Shown: positions 26,509-36,036 of the stretch, one piece after another
Layout: every line of letters begins with the position of its first letter
Numbering within the stretch: the stretch's first letter is position 1
From: Desulfonatronovibrionaceae bacterium
GTDB lineage: Bacteria > Desulfobacterota > Desulfovibrionia > Desulfovibrionales > Desulfonatronovibrionaceae
NCBI GenBank assembly: GCA_046539845.1
Contig: JBKHGE010000020.1
Span: 1-40,447 of the forward strand
Direction of reading: 5' to 3'
Length of the DNA stretch: 40,447 nucleotides
The notes under the pieces: model-generated
The model's database searches: none
Seen by the model: only the letters and a program-made list of their open reading frames with translations
Told to the model about the DNA's origin: nothing
Translations under genes and position numbers: made by a program

Positions 26509-26558
26509 AAAAGAGAACACTGCCCGGCTGACCGGTAAAAGACAACTTATCTTTCAAG

Positions 26559-26648
26559 CGGCTGAAGATCCCAAAGGCAAAGTGCAGTTATCAGCAAACA
26601 ACGGCCTGAAGTCTTTGCCGCTTTGCTGCCTTGAGTGATTTTCAACCG
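26559..26648. repeat. Degenerate ~90-bp palindromic intergenic element (REP/MITE-like)
   Basis: CGGCTGAAGATC at the left end vs GATTTTCAACCG at the right end (10/12 complementary). Inner CAAAGGCAAAG vs CTTTGCTGCCTTG. Confidence 0.5.
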
Positions 26649-26652
26649 ACGG

Positions 26653-27708
26653 CTAGAAACCGATCCGGACCTGCTCCTCGCCGGAGACATTCTTTTTGCC
26701 CCGGCTTATCCTGCCGATGACCCAGGCGGGGATATCCATGCCCTGCAGCCGGGGCAGGATATCGTCGCACTCATCCTCGGAGACAACCAGGATATATCCC
26801 ACCCCGCAATTGAATATCTTGAGCATTTCTTCCCATTCCAGACCCGCCTCCCGGCGCAGCCAGTCAAAAACAGGGGGTATGTCCCAGGACCCAAAGTCAA
26901 TGTCCGCACACAACCCCTGATAGAGGATACGAGGCAGATTGTCGTAGAAGCCGCCACCGGTGACATGGACCATCCCCCTGATCTCCATATCCCGGAGCAG
27001 GTTCTGCACCGGCCGGACATATATGCGGGTCGGCTCGAGCAGCACGTCAGCCACAGTCCTGTCCGTCCCCGGAAAAGGATCACTCCCGGAAAGCCCGGAA
27101 GCGGCCAGCACCTTGCGGACCAAAGAAAAACCGTTGGAATGCAGTCCTGAGGAGCCGAGTCCGATCAGCTTGTGTCCGGACCTGATGGTTGTTCCGTCCA
27201 CAATCTTATCCCGGTCGACAATACCCACGCAGAACCCGGAGAGATCATACTCACCCGGGGGGTAGAAATCGGGCATCTCAGCGGTTTCGCCGCCTAAAAG
27301 GGCGCATTTGGCCTCCTTGCAGCCCGCGGCAATGCCGCTTATGATCTGTTCTCCGATCTCCGGATCCAGCTTTCCGGCGGCCAGATAGTCTAGAAAGAAA
27401 AGCGGCTTGCCCCCCTGGACAAGGACATCGTTTACATTCATGGCCACCAAGTCCCGGCCTATACTGGAATGCCTGTTGAACTCGAAACACAGCTTCAACT
27501 TGGTGCCTACTCCATCAGTGGCTGAAACCAAAACCGGCATGTCCATATTACTTATGTCCGGCCGAAAAAGCCCGCCAAAGCCGCCGATATCACTCATCAC
27601 CCCCTTGGTGTGCGTGGCGTTAACAAGGGGTTTGATCCTCCGGACAAAAGTGTTGCCCGCCTCGATGTCCACGCCGGCTTCCTTGTAAGCTCTGTCTCTC
27701 TGGGTCAT
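26653..27708 (-). CDS. purM: Phosphoribosylformylglycinamidine cyclo-ligase (AIR synthetase)
   Basis: YKEAGVDIEAG, TDGVGTKL, DLVAMNVND, GGETAEMP, SSGLHSNGFSL, HVTGGG, FNCGVG. Confidence 0.97.
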   Translation of the reverse strand: MTQRDRAYKEAGVDIEAGNTFVRRIKPLVNATHTKGVMSDIGGFGGLFRPDISNMDMPVLVSATDGVGTKLKLCFEFNRHSSIGRDLVAMNVNDVLVQGGKPLFFLDYLAAGKLDPEIGEQIISGIAAGCKEAKCALLGGETAEMPDFYPPGEYDLSGFCVGIVDRDKIVDGTTIRSGHKLIGLGSSGLHSNGFSLVRKVLAASGLSGSDPFPGTDRTVADVLLEPTRIYVRPVQNLLRDMEIRGMVHVTGGGFYDNLPRILYQGLCADIDFGSWDIPPVFDWLRREAGLEWEEMLKIFNCGVGYILVVSEDECDDILPRLQGMDIPAWVIGRISRGKKNVSGEEQVRIGF

Positions 27709-27975
27709 TTAAATTCTCCGGATTAAATTGACCTGATGCGCGGTCTGTTAATTGCCTTCAATATTGGACAAACAGCACGATCAGGCATATATATAAATAT
27801 AACCACCCGGCGGCAAGGTCAATACAAAACAAGCAGCCTCCCCGTCCGGAGCGGGCCTGGGTTTAACCCGGACCCGGCCGGAAGATCAAGGGTATTTTTC
27901 TCTTCAGGCAGCTTTCCCGAACCGGGCTGTTTCGGGCAAAATAGCGTTTGCATCCTGCTTTATTAGGAGGAAGAC

Positions 27976-28215
27976 ATGAACAAACACCTTTTTTTAATCC
28001 TTGTGCTCTTCGTGCTGGCGGGCCAAACCTTTTTTTCGGCCCGAGCCGGAGAGAAGCCCGGCCGCACCGGGTCCATCAGTATGAACCGGACCGATGACGC
28101 CCGGACCATCCGGGTAAAACCGGGCCGGCCGGCCCAGACAGGACCGGATTACAATATGACCGAAGAAATAGAGATCAAGCCGGAGATAGACATCTACTGG
28201 GACAAGAATAAATAA
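27976..28215 (+). CDS. Small exported hypothetical protein
   Basis: AGGAGG RBS 5 nt before ATG. Signal-peptide-like MNKHLFLILVLFVLAGQTFFSARA. 79 aa, fills an intergenic gap. Confidence 0.65.
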   Translation: MNKHLFLILVLFVLAGQTFFSARAGEKPGRTGSISMNRTDDARTIRVKPGRPAQTGPDYNMTEEIEIKPEIDIYWDKNK

Positions 28216-28257
28216 CACCGGCTGTCCCGGCCCGGAGAAGTGCATGCCGCCAAAGGT

Positions 28258-29562
28258 CTAGCGAAAGATCCCGGGCAGGATGAGGGCCATATCCGGCCAG
28301 AGCAAAAGGGCAACAATTACCAGGACAAAGCAGGGGACAAAGAGCAAAACCCCCTTGAACACCCGGGACAAAGGCACGTCCGGGGCCATGGAGGCGACCA
28401 CGAACGTGTTTATCCCCACCGGGGGAGTTATCGCGCCCAGACTGGTGACCAGAGTGATATACACCGCGAACCAAACCGGGTCGTACCCCAGGGCCTGGGC
28501 CAGGGGGAAGAAAATAGGGATGGTTATGATCAGAAGGGCCAATGCATCCATAATCGCCCCACCCAGGACATAGATGGCGGCTATGGCCAGCATTACCACC
28601 CAGCCGGGCACATCCAGTGCGCCCACCCCTTCGGCCACTGCATAGGGTATCCTGGTCACGGTCAAAAAACGGCCGAAGATAACCGCCCCCCAGATAATAA
28701 CCATGATCATGGCGGAAATACGCAGGGTGTCCCCCAGGGCCAGACAAAAGGACTTAAAGGACAGATTCCGGCCGCAAAGGGCAATGAACAGGGCCAGAAA
28801 AGAGCCCACCGCCCCAGCCTGGCTGGGGGTGAAAAAACCGATCACCAACCCAAACATGACCAAAAAAAACAAAAAAAGCATTTCTACCGAGCCCTTCAGG
28901 GAGCGTAGACGCTCCGGCCAGCCGGAGCGCTCCGCCCGGGGGGCGGCCTTTTCCTGCCTGCGGCAAAAGATCAGCACAGTGGCCACAAGGCCCAGAGTCA
29001 TGACCAGCCCCGGTCCCAGGGCGGCCCAGAAAAGGACCCCGATCATCTGCCCGGTCTGCAGACCGATTATGATAAGGACCACACTGGGCGGAATTATAAC
29101 TCCCAAAGTGGCGCCAGCGGCCACGGAGCCGGTGCTTAAAAGCGGATCGTAGCCGTATTTGCGCATCTCCGGCAAGGCCACGGAACCCATGGTCGCGGCC
29201 GTGGCTGTATTGGAGCCACAGATAGCGGAAAAGCCGGCGCAGGCCAGAACCGAGGCCACGGCCATTCCGCCCCGGATATGCCCGGACCAGGCGTGGGCGG
29301 TCCTGTACAGACGGCGGTTCACTCCGGCGTGAAAACAGATCTGTCCCATGAAGATGAAAAGGGGGATAACCGTGAACCCGTAGGAGGAAAAGGCCTTCCA
29401 GGTCTCGTCGCCGAGCATGCCCAGGGCGGCCTGGAAGTTGAGACTTACTCCAAATCCCAGAAATCCGACCATGGCCATGGCAAAGCCGACCGGCAGGCGG
29501 AGGAAAAAGATAACCGCTAGAAGAAAGGCGATCCCGGATATCCCAAGGGCGGTGGGGCTCAT
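28258..29562 (-). CDS. dctM: TRAP transporter large permease (DctM)
   Basis: IPLFIFMG, GSNTATAATMGSVALPEM..GY, GVIIPPS, ITPPVG. Start ATG 29562 overlaps the dctQ stop (ATGA). Confidence 0.93.
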   Translation of the reverse strand: MSPTALGISGIAFLLAVIFFLRLPVGFAMAMVGFLGFGVSLNFQAALGMLGDETWKAFSSYGFTVIPLFIFMGQICFHAGVNRRLYRTAHAWSGHIRGGMAVASVLACAGFSAICGSNTATAATMGSVALPEMRKYGYDPLLSTGSVAAGATLGVIIPPSVVLIIIGLQTGQMIGVLFWAALGPGLVMTLGLVATVLIFCRRQEKAAPRAERSGWPERLRSLKGSVEMLFLFFLVMFGLVIGFFTPSQAGAVGSFLALFIALCGRNLSFKSFCLALGDTLRISAMIMVIIWGAVIFGRFLTVTRIPYAVAEGVGALDVPGWVVMLAIAAIYVLGGAIMDALALLIITIPIFFPLAQALGYDPVWFAVYITLVTSLGAITPPVGINTFVVASMAPDVPLSRVFKGVLLFVPCFVLVIVALLLWPDMALILPGIFR

Positions 29563-30038
29563 TTCCTTACCCCCCAAACAGCGGCTGCCGTCTGGACGGC
29601 CAGGTTGAGCACCAGCAGTATAAACCCTCCCCCGACGACGAACAGGAGTGGATAAAAGGGCAGATGCAAGGTTTCCGAGAGTTCGCCGAACTCCTTTAGT
29701 TCCAGCCCGAGCTTGAGCATCTGCCAGGCCACAAGGAGAAAAAACGCCTGGGCGGCAAAAAGGGAGATGGCCTCCGAAAACCTGCGCACCGGGCGGGGGA
29801 GAAGGCCCTCCAGGATATTGACCTGGATATGCGCCCTCCTGGCCTGGGAATCGCCCAGGGCCAGGGAGGCGAGCAATGCCCCGCCAAAGCCCATAAGTTC
29901 AAAGGTCCCTTTGACCGGCTCCCCAAAGATGCCCAGAACAACATTTAAAACAGCCAAAAAGACCATGCCGCAGAGCACCGCCCCGGCAAGGCTCAGGCAG
30001 GCCAGGTTCAGGATCGCAGCAGCCCTATTCAGGCGCAT
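29559..30038 (-). CDS. dctQ: TRAP transporter small permease (DctQ)
   Basis: Four TM helices, GTFEL and HIQVNIL. Start placed at ATG 30038. Confidence 0.88.
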   Translation of the reverse strand: MRLNRAAAILNLACLSLAGAVLCGMVFLAVLNVVLGIFGEPVKGTFELMGFGGALLASLALGDSQARRAHIQVNILEGLLPRPVRRFSEAISLFAAQAFFLLVAWQMLKLGLELKEFGELSETLHLPFYPLLFVVGGGFILLVLNLAVQTAAAVWGVRK

Positions 30039-31026
30039 ACTCGTCCCGCAGCCTGCGCACATCTTTGAGGACCTCTTCCGTCTCTATGCCCTGCTTTTCA
30101 GCCCTTTCCTCCCATTCCCGGACAAGAGGCCGGACCTGCTCGAACATGGCCTGACGTTCTTCAGGGGCGAGCTCAAACACCCGGGCATCGTACTCCTGTT
30201 GGGCGTAACCCACCGCTGTCCGGGCGTGCCCGTCCATGTATTCCCCGGTCCATTCTGCCTGCTCCGCAGCCAGATCGTTCATCACCTGGCGCACATTTTC
30301 CGGAAGGGACTCCCATTTGTCCTTGTTCATGACCACGGCAAAGGGGTATACTTGGAGATCAAGCCGGGTTATAAACGGGCAATAGACGGCAAAATTGAGG
30401 TCCTTTAAGACTTCCAGGGAAGAAAAGACCCCTTTGACCATCCCTTTCTGCAAGGCCTCCGGGGTCTCGGACATGGGCATGGACACTGGCGTGGCCCCCA
30501 AAAGCTCCAAAACTGAGGATGCCGCTCCCGAGGCCCTTATCTGCATCCCTTCCATGTCCTTAAGCGACCGGACCGGCTTTTTGGTCATCAAATTGCTGGG
30601 CGCGGTGGTGAACATGGTCAGCACCTTGACCCGGTCGAACTCCTCGGGCTCGTACTTCTGATACACATCCCACAATACCCGGCTGGCCTGCTTTGAACTG
30701 ACAAACCCCAGGGGAAGTTCCACTGCCGTTGTCAACGGAAATACCCCGGGCTGATAGGACATGCAAAGACAACCGATATCCGCCTGGCCGTTTACCACCC
30801 CCCGAAACATGTTCTTGGCCCCCAGCAGGGTCCCGCCGGGAAAGGTGTTTATCTTTACCTGACCGTCTGTCCTTTTTTCCACCTCGGTTTTCCAGCGCTC
30901 CATCTGCACGCAGGGAAAGGTGCCGGCCGGGGGGAAATTGGCGTAGGTCAGGGTGACCTCCGCGGCCAAAGAGACTGCAGGGACAAATGCAAGGGCCAAA
31001 ACCAGGACCAAAATCTTTTTGAGCAT
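30025..31026 (-). CDS. dctP: TRAP transporter substrate-binding protein (DctP family)
   Basis: Signal peptide, FPGGTLL, GQADIG, DMEGMQIR, LGATPVSMPMSE..EALQKG, WESLPE. AGGAGGAG RBS. Confidence 0.93.
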   Translation of the reverse strand: MLKKILVLVLALAFVPAVSLAAEVTLTYANFPPAGTFPCVQMERWKTEVEKRTDGQVKINTFPGGTLLGAKNMFRGVVNGQADIGCLCMSYQPGVFPLTTAVELPLGFVSSKQASRVLWDVYQKYEPEEFDRVKVLTMFTTAPSNLMTKKPVRSLKDMEGMQIRASGAASSVLELLGATPVSMPMSETPEALQKGMVKGVFSSLEVLKDLNFAVYCPFITRLDLQVYPFAVVMNKDKWESLPENVRQVMNDLAAEQAEWTGEYMDGHARTAVGYAQQEYDARVFELAPEERQAMFEQVRPLVREWEERAEKQGIETEEVLKDVRRLRDEYAPE

Positions 31027-31088
31027 GTCACTCCTCCTTGGGTCTCAAGCGGCTGTTTACTGACTGTTGAAAAAGCCTTAGTAACGCG

Positions 31089-31202
31089 GGCCGTTAGAAA
31101 ATCCCAAGGGACGGGGCAAGAAAGTTCAAGGCCTACATGTACCTATCCGTAGGTAAAATGAACTTTTTGCCGCTTTTCTTCCGTTGGGAGTAGTGCACGG
31201 CC
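31089..31202. repeat. Degenerate ~115-bp palindromic intergenic element (REP/MITE-like)
   Basis: Nested inverted segments GGCCGT/ACGGCC, TCCCAA/TTGGGA, GGCAAGAAAGTTCA/TGAACTTTTTGCC, CCTAC/GTAGG. Confidence 0.7.
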
Positions 31203-31507
31203 TGGAAGCAAAAAAAAACCGCAAGCTCTGTTGCCTGCGGCCGGTAAACCCTGAATCTGTTAGGTCTGATCACTCAGCGCGTTCATCCGGACCGCATCTG
31301 GATACACCCCGCCACCACCACAGCCAAACCCGGATATTAGCGCTGATCAAATCTTTGTTGTTCATATGTTAATTTTGAGTTAAAAGGGATAAAAAGACAA
31401 TACAAAGGCCGAATTTAAAAACACAGGCAATCCCGGCCCGGAAGCGGAAACGCAGGGTCTGGATTTACTCGAATACATGAAGCCGGTGCGCCGCACAAGG
31501 AGGGCTT

Positions 31508-32539
31508 ATGGGGCTGAGTGAGGGCATCCTGTATAAAAAAATAAAGGAAGGCAAGGTACAATGTAGGATGTGCAGTCACTTCTGTCTGATTGAACCCGGG
31601 CAGCGCGGCACTTGCGGAGTCAGGGAAAACAGAGAAGGAGAGCTGTACACCCATGTCCGGAATCGCGTGGCCGCCGCCAATATCGACCCAGTGGAGAAAA
31701 AGCCCCTGTTCCATTTTTTGCCCGGGACCCAGACCTTTTCCATCGGGACCATGGGCTGCAATTTTTCCTGCTCCTTCTGTCAAAACAGCACCCTGTCCCA
31801 GACCCCCAAGGAAAGCGGACTGATAAGCGGAGAGACCTTCAGCGGGGACAAAATAGCTGAAGCCGCGGTCCAGGCCCGGGCCGGGAGCGTATCCTACACC
31901 TATTCCGAACCCACAGTGTTCACCGAGCTGGTCCTGGACACGGCCCGCCTGGCCCGGGCCAGCGGACTAAAAAACATATTGGTCAGCAACGGGTTTCAAA
32001 GCCCGGACTGCCTGAAGGAACTGGGCCCATACATAGACGCGGCCAATATCGATCTCAAGGCCTTTACCGAGGATTTTTACCGCGATTATTGCGGGGCCAG
32101 GCTGGAACCGGTATTGAAAACGCTTAAAAAAATAAAAGAACTGGGTTGGTGGCTGGAAATAACCACCCTGGTCATAACCGATCTGAACGACTCCGGGGAG
32201 GAACTGAAAAGGATCGCCGGATTTATAGCCGAAGAACTGGGTTCTGAAGTCCCCTGGCATATCTCCAGGTTCCATCCCACATACAAGATGACCGACCGGC
32301 CGAGCACGCCGGTGGAAAGACTGGAAAAGGCCTGGGAACTGGGCAAAGAAGCCGGATTGCAGTTCGTTTACACCGGGAATGTGTTCGGGCACGACGGGGA
32401 AAACACCTATTGTCCGTCCTGCGAACAGCTTTTGGTACGGCGGACCGGATTTTCCGCGCAAAACGCGGGGCTTGCCAGGGGGAAATGCTCAAAATGCGGG
32501 CATAAAACCGCCGGAGTCGGCTTCAACGGCCTGGATTAA
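31508..32539 (+). CDS. amrS: AmmeMemoRadiSam-system radical SAM enzyme (PFL-activase-like)
   Basis: N-terminal CRMCSHFC...CGVR, IDPVEKKPLFHFLPG, GCNFSCSFCQN, YTYSEP, NIDLK, PWHISRFHP, C-terminal CPSC/CSKC. Confidence 0.9.
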   Translation: MGLSEGILYKKIKEGKVQCRMCSHFCLIEPGQRGTCGVRENREGELYTHVRNRVAAANIDPVEKKPLFHFLPGTQTFSIGTMGCNFSCSFCQNSTLSQTPKESGLISGETFSGDKIAEAAVQARAGSVSYTYSEPTVFTELVLDTARLARASGLKNILVSNGFQSPDCLKELGPYIDAANIDLKAFTEDFYRDYCGARLEPVLKTLKKIKELGWWLEITTLVITDLNDSGEELKRIAGFIAEELGSEVPWHISRFHPTYKMTDRPSTPVERLEKAWELGKEAGLQFVYTGNVFGHDGENTYCPSCEQLLVRRTGFSAQNAGLARGKCSKCGHKTAGVGFNGLD

Positions 32540-32703
32540 TAACGAAAGGTCTGCATGTCCTCTTTCTCCGGCACTCAAATTTCAGATTTGCGGGCCAGAG
32601 AACACATCTAAACATTGACTGGTGACAACCGGATAATACAACAAGCTTGTCCTGCAGTGGTTCAAAAATCAAAGGGGCGGCATCTTGAAGCAGGTCCTTG
32701 TGT

Positions 32704-33210
32704 TTAAAATTCAATGCCCATGGTTGCCTTCTTACCCTCCTGGAAAGGGTGTTTGACCACCTGGATATCAGAGACCAGATCCGCCTCCTGAACCACCCAG
32801 TCCGGAGCGTTTCTTCCGGTCAAAAGGAGATGTACATTTTCCTTTCGGCAGAGGCGGATAAGACCGGCCAGCTCTTCGCGGCTAACAAGCCCCATGCCCA
32901 GGGCGTACAAGGCCTCATCCAAAACCAGCATATCCGGACGGCCCCGGATTTTGCGCCGGCACCAGTCCAGAAGCTCGGCAGCGGCCTCTCGCTGCTCATT
33001 ACGCTGATTTTCCTGCAGAAAGAATCCGGAACCGCAGGAGCAGAAATCCCGGGCGAGCATTTTTTTGAGCATGATCTGCTCCCCGGCCTGATTATCCCTT
33101 TTCATGAACTGTCCGAAGCAGACCCGGAAACCCCAGCCCAAGGCACGCAGGGTCTGACCCGCGGCAGCGCTGGTCTTACCTTTACCGTCCCCGGTGTAGA
33201 CAATAAGCAT
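32704..33210 (-). CDS. cobO: Cob(I)yrinic acid a,c-diamide adenosyltransferase (CobO/BtuR)
   Basis: VYTGDGKGKTSAA, QFMK, LVLDE, LTGRNAP, ADLVS...KHPF..G...GIEF. Confidence 0.92.
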   Translation of the reverse strand: MLIVYTGDGKGKTSAAAGQTLRALGWGFRVCFGQFMKRDNQAGEQIMLKKMLARDFCSCGSGFFLQENQRNEQREAAAELLDWCRRKIRGRPDMLVLDEALYALGMGLVSREELAGLIRLCRKENVHLLLTGRNAPDWVVQEADLVSDIQVVKHPFQEGKKATMGIEF

Positions 33211-34466
33211 TAACGCCTCCCCAAAAGGTCGGTGACTGTTTTGCGCGCCTCATCCACCACTTCCGCCTCCCCCGGCACGCAGCGCCCGTTCATAAGCACG
33301 CGGCCGTTGCAGATCGTGGTGTCTACGCACCCACCGTTGCCGGAATAGACCATATTGGAAATCAGGTTGTGCATGGGCACCATCTGCGGATGCCTCAAAT
33401 CCACCAGAATACAATCCGCCAGGCCGCCTTCTTCAATTTTCCCGGCCTCGATCCCAAAGGCCGCGGCCCCGTTCTCCGTGGCGCAGGCAAAGGCCTCTTG
33501 GGCGGGCATAGCCGTGGGGTCGTTGTCCTGCGATTTGGCCAGCATGGAAGCGAATTTCATCTCCTCCAGCATGTCCAGGTTATTGTTTGAGGCGCATCCG
33601 TCAGTGCCCAGAGCCACCCGGATACCCTTCTTTTGCACCGCGCTGTAGTTGAAGGTGCCCGAGGCCAGTTTGCGGTTGGAAGCCGGGCAATGGACCAGGG
33701 TCACCCCGTGGTCGGCCAGAATGGATATCTCCCGGTCGTCTACCCAGATCCCGTGCGCAGCCAAAACATTCGGCCCCAGGAGACCGATTTCCTCCAGGTA
33801 TTCAACCGGCCTTTTGCCGTGCTCCCGGAGGCAGTCTTCCACCTCTTTTTGTGTCTCCGAGAGATGAATATGCACGAACATACCCTGCTCTCGGGCGAAT
33901 TCGGCAACCCAGGCCAAAGAGTCTTTGGACACGGTGTATATGGCGTGCGGACCCAGGGGAAAGACCACCCGTCCGTCGCAGCTCTCTGAGTCTTCTGCCA
34001 AGCGCCTGGCCCGGGAGCGGAATTTCTTGGCTTTCCCTAAATCGCCGAGATCTATAAAAACCGAGGAAAGACCGGCCCTGAGCCCCATTTCCTTTACTGC
34101 CTGCAGGGTGCCCGGCATATGCCAATACATATCGTTGAAAAAGGTGGTCCCACTCTTGATCATCTCCAGGCAGGCCAATTTGGAGCCCACATACACGTCC
34201 CTCTCGGTCAATTTCCCTTCCAAAGGCCAGATATACTCGCTAAGCCACCTATACAGTTCCATGTCCTCGGCATAGCCGCGGAGCAGGGTCATGGCCGCAT
34301 GGGTATGGCAATTGAAAAAGGAAGGGAGAATGGCCTTGTCCGTGCCGTCAATCACCTCCCCGGCCTCGCAGCCCAGACCACGCCCGATATCTTGAAAGCG
34401 GCCATCTTTTATCCACACGTCCACCGTGTCATTTTCCCAAAAGACATTTTTAATCAAAATGCTCAT
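33210..34466 (-). CDS. mtaD: Amidohydrolase, 5'-methylthioadenosine/SAH/5'-deoxyadenosine deaminase family
   Basis: NCHTHAAMTLLRG, EMIKSGTT.FNDMY, GPHAIY, HIHLSET, LGTDGCASNNNLDM. Stop overlaps the cobO start (TAATG). Confidence 0.85.
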   Translation of the reverse strand: MSILIKNVFWENDTVDVWIKDGRFQDIGRGLGCEAGEVIDGTDKAILPSFFNCHTHAAMTLLRGYAEDMELYRWLSEYIWPLEGKLTERDVYVGSKLACLEMIKSGTTFFNDMYWHMPGTLQAVKEMGLRAGLSSVFIDLGDLGKAKKFRSRARRLAEDSESCDGRVVFPLGPHAIYTVSKDSLAWVAEFAREQGMFVHIHLSETQKEVEDCLREHGKRPVEYLEEIGLLGPNVLAAHGIWVDDREISILADHGVTLVHCPASNRKLASGTFNYSAVQKKGIRVALGTDGCASNNNLDMLEEMKFASMLAKSQDNDPTAMPAQEAFACATENGAAAFGIEAGKIEEGGLADCILVDLRHPQMVPMHNLISNMVYSGNGGCVDTTICNGRVLMNGRCVPGEAEVVDEARKTVTDLLGRR

Positions 34467-34734
34467 ATTAACGCCTTTGCATTAAACGCCGTGAAACCTG
34501 GGCCGCTCAGACCGATGCATTGCCCCGGCCATATCCGGCAGGGCCAGAAGCCTGCAAGAGACCGAGCCCCGGAGAAAAAAGCCGCTTGTTCACGGCCTGA
34601 GGATGGGCCTTACCAAAACCGGCACATCTCCACAAGCCGGACCGGAGCGTCCCGGTTTATAAGGCGCCCGACCCGGGACTTAAACCGTAAAAAACCTGCC
34701 GGCAAAAAACCCGTACACCGGGCACATCCGAGTC

Positions 34735-34763
34735 TTGCCAAAATAAAGGGGAAAAGGTAAAAT
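34735..34763 (+). promoter_or_regulatory. Putative sigma70 promoter upstream of glnHPQ
   Basis: TTGCCA, 17 nt spacer, TAAAAT. Confidence 0.5.
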
Positions 34764-35067
34764 TATGAAGTAAGTAGAACAATTTTTTCAATATAGCATC
34801 TGAAAACAAAAAAATGCGCTTTGCCCCTGCAAGCGCTAAAGATACAAACGCTTTGCTTTTCCGCCAGGTCTTCGCAAACTTGGTAATTGAAGGGGACATA
34901 AGCAGTACCCCCAAAAATGGGCCTTGCCTGAGAGGTACAGAATCGTCCCCAAAACCAGGCCTAACTCCCGGGTCATTTACCATTGATCCGGATTTTAGCT
35001 GGGCATACGGATTAAACCCGGTCGCTATGCGGCGGCAAAACTCAAAAGACATTTTCAAGGAGGAGAG

Positions 35068-35808
35068 ATGAAACGGATTCTAAGTCTTTTTGTCATGTGT
35101 GTATTTATGGTTACCGCGGGATCCGCTTTTGCCGGCGAAAAGATCACGGTGGCCCACGACACCAATTTCATGCCCTTTGAATTCAAAAAGGACGGGGAAT
35201 ATGTCGGATTCGACATCGACCTCTGGAAAGCCATCGCTGAGGAAAGCGGTATCGACTACAAACTGCAGGCCATGGATTTCAACGGCATCATACCCGCTTT
35301 GCAGTCCGACAACGTGGATGTGGGCATTGCCGGCATAACCGTCACCTCGGAGCGGGAAGAGGCGGTGGACTTTTCCTACCCCTATTATCAGTCCGGTCTG
35401 CGCATCCTGGTCCGGGAAGATGAAGAGGACATTAAAGAGCTGGATGATTTGGCCGGGAAAAAGGTGGCCACAAAGCTGGCCACCAGCAGTGTGGATTTTT
35501 TGAAAAAAGAAATGCCCGATCTCGACCCCAAGCTCTTCCCTAATATTGACGGTGCATTCATGGAGCTGCGCTCCGGCGGAGTGGACGCTGTCCTTTTTGA
35601 CGCCCCTGTTGTCCAGCACTACGCCAACACCTCCGGCGACGGTGCGGTGCGTACAGTGGGCCCGGTCTATGAGGGGCAGTACTATGGCATAGCCTTCCCA
35701 ACCGGCTCAGAGCTGCGCGATAAGGTGGACGTGGCCCTGCTCAAACTGATAGAGGACGGCACATACGCAGAGCTGTACGAAAAATGGTTCGGAGAGGCCC
35801 CGAAATAG
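35068..35808 (+). CDS. glnH: Glutamine/polar amino acid ABC transporter substrate-binding protein
   Basis: Signal peptide, DTNFMPFEF..YVGFDIDLW, MDFNGIIPALQ, AGITVT.ER, YGIAFP.GSELR, KWFG. Confidence 0.9.
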   Translation: MKRILSLFVMCVFMVTAGSAFAGEKITVAHDTNFMPFEFKKDGEYVGFDIDLWKAIAEESGIDYKLQAMDFNGIIPALQSDNVDVGIAGITVTSEREEAVDFSYPYYQSGLRILVREDEEDIKELDDLAGKKVATKLATSSVDFLKKEMPDLDPKLFPNIDGAFMELRSGGVDAVLFDAPVVQHYANTSGDGAVRTVGPVYEGQYYGIAFPTGSELRDKVDVALLKLIEDGTYAELYEKWFGEAPK

Positions 35809-36036
35809 TCAGATAACCCTTGTTCCGCAGTCCGTCGGGAATTTCCAAGCGGACTGCTAAACCCCGCCCGCAGACGCCTTCCCGGCCTCGGGCGGGTGCC
35901 CGCCGGATGAACAGCGCGTCTGAGGCGCGACCGATTCCAGTCGAGGGGAGGCCGGGGGCCAAAACTGCGGCCGCCGAGGTGCTTTCGGCCCCCCTCCTTT
36001 TATGTTGGTCCAACAAGTCAAGAGCACGGAATATTT

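Noticed and set aside
28240..28908. 222-aa Gln/His/Gly-rich plus-strand ORF
   Set aside because: Antisense shadow of the hydrophobic dctM gene.
34470..34730. SAM or cobalamin riboswitch upstream of mtaD-cobO
   Set aside because: No recognisable SAM-I or B12-box consensus was found by eye on the minus strand; an Rfam scan would be needed to exclude it fully.
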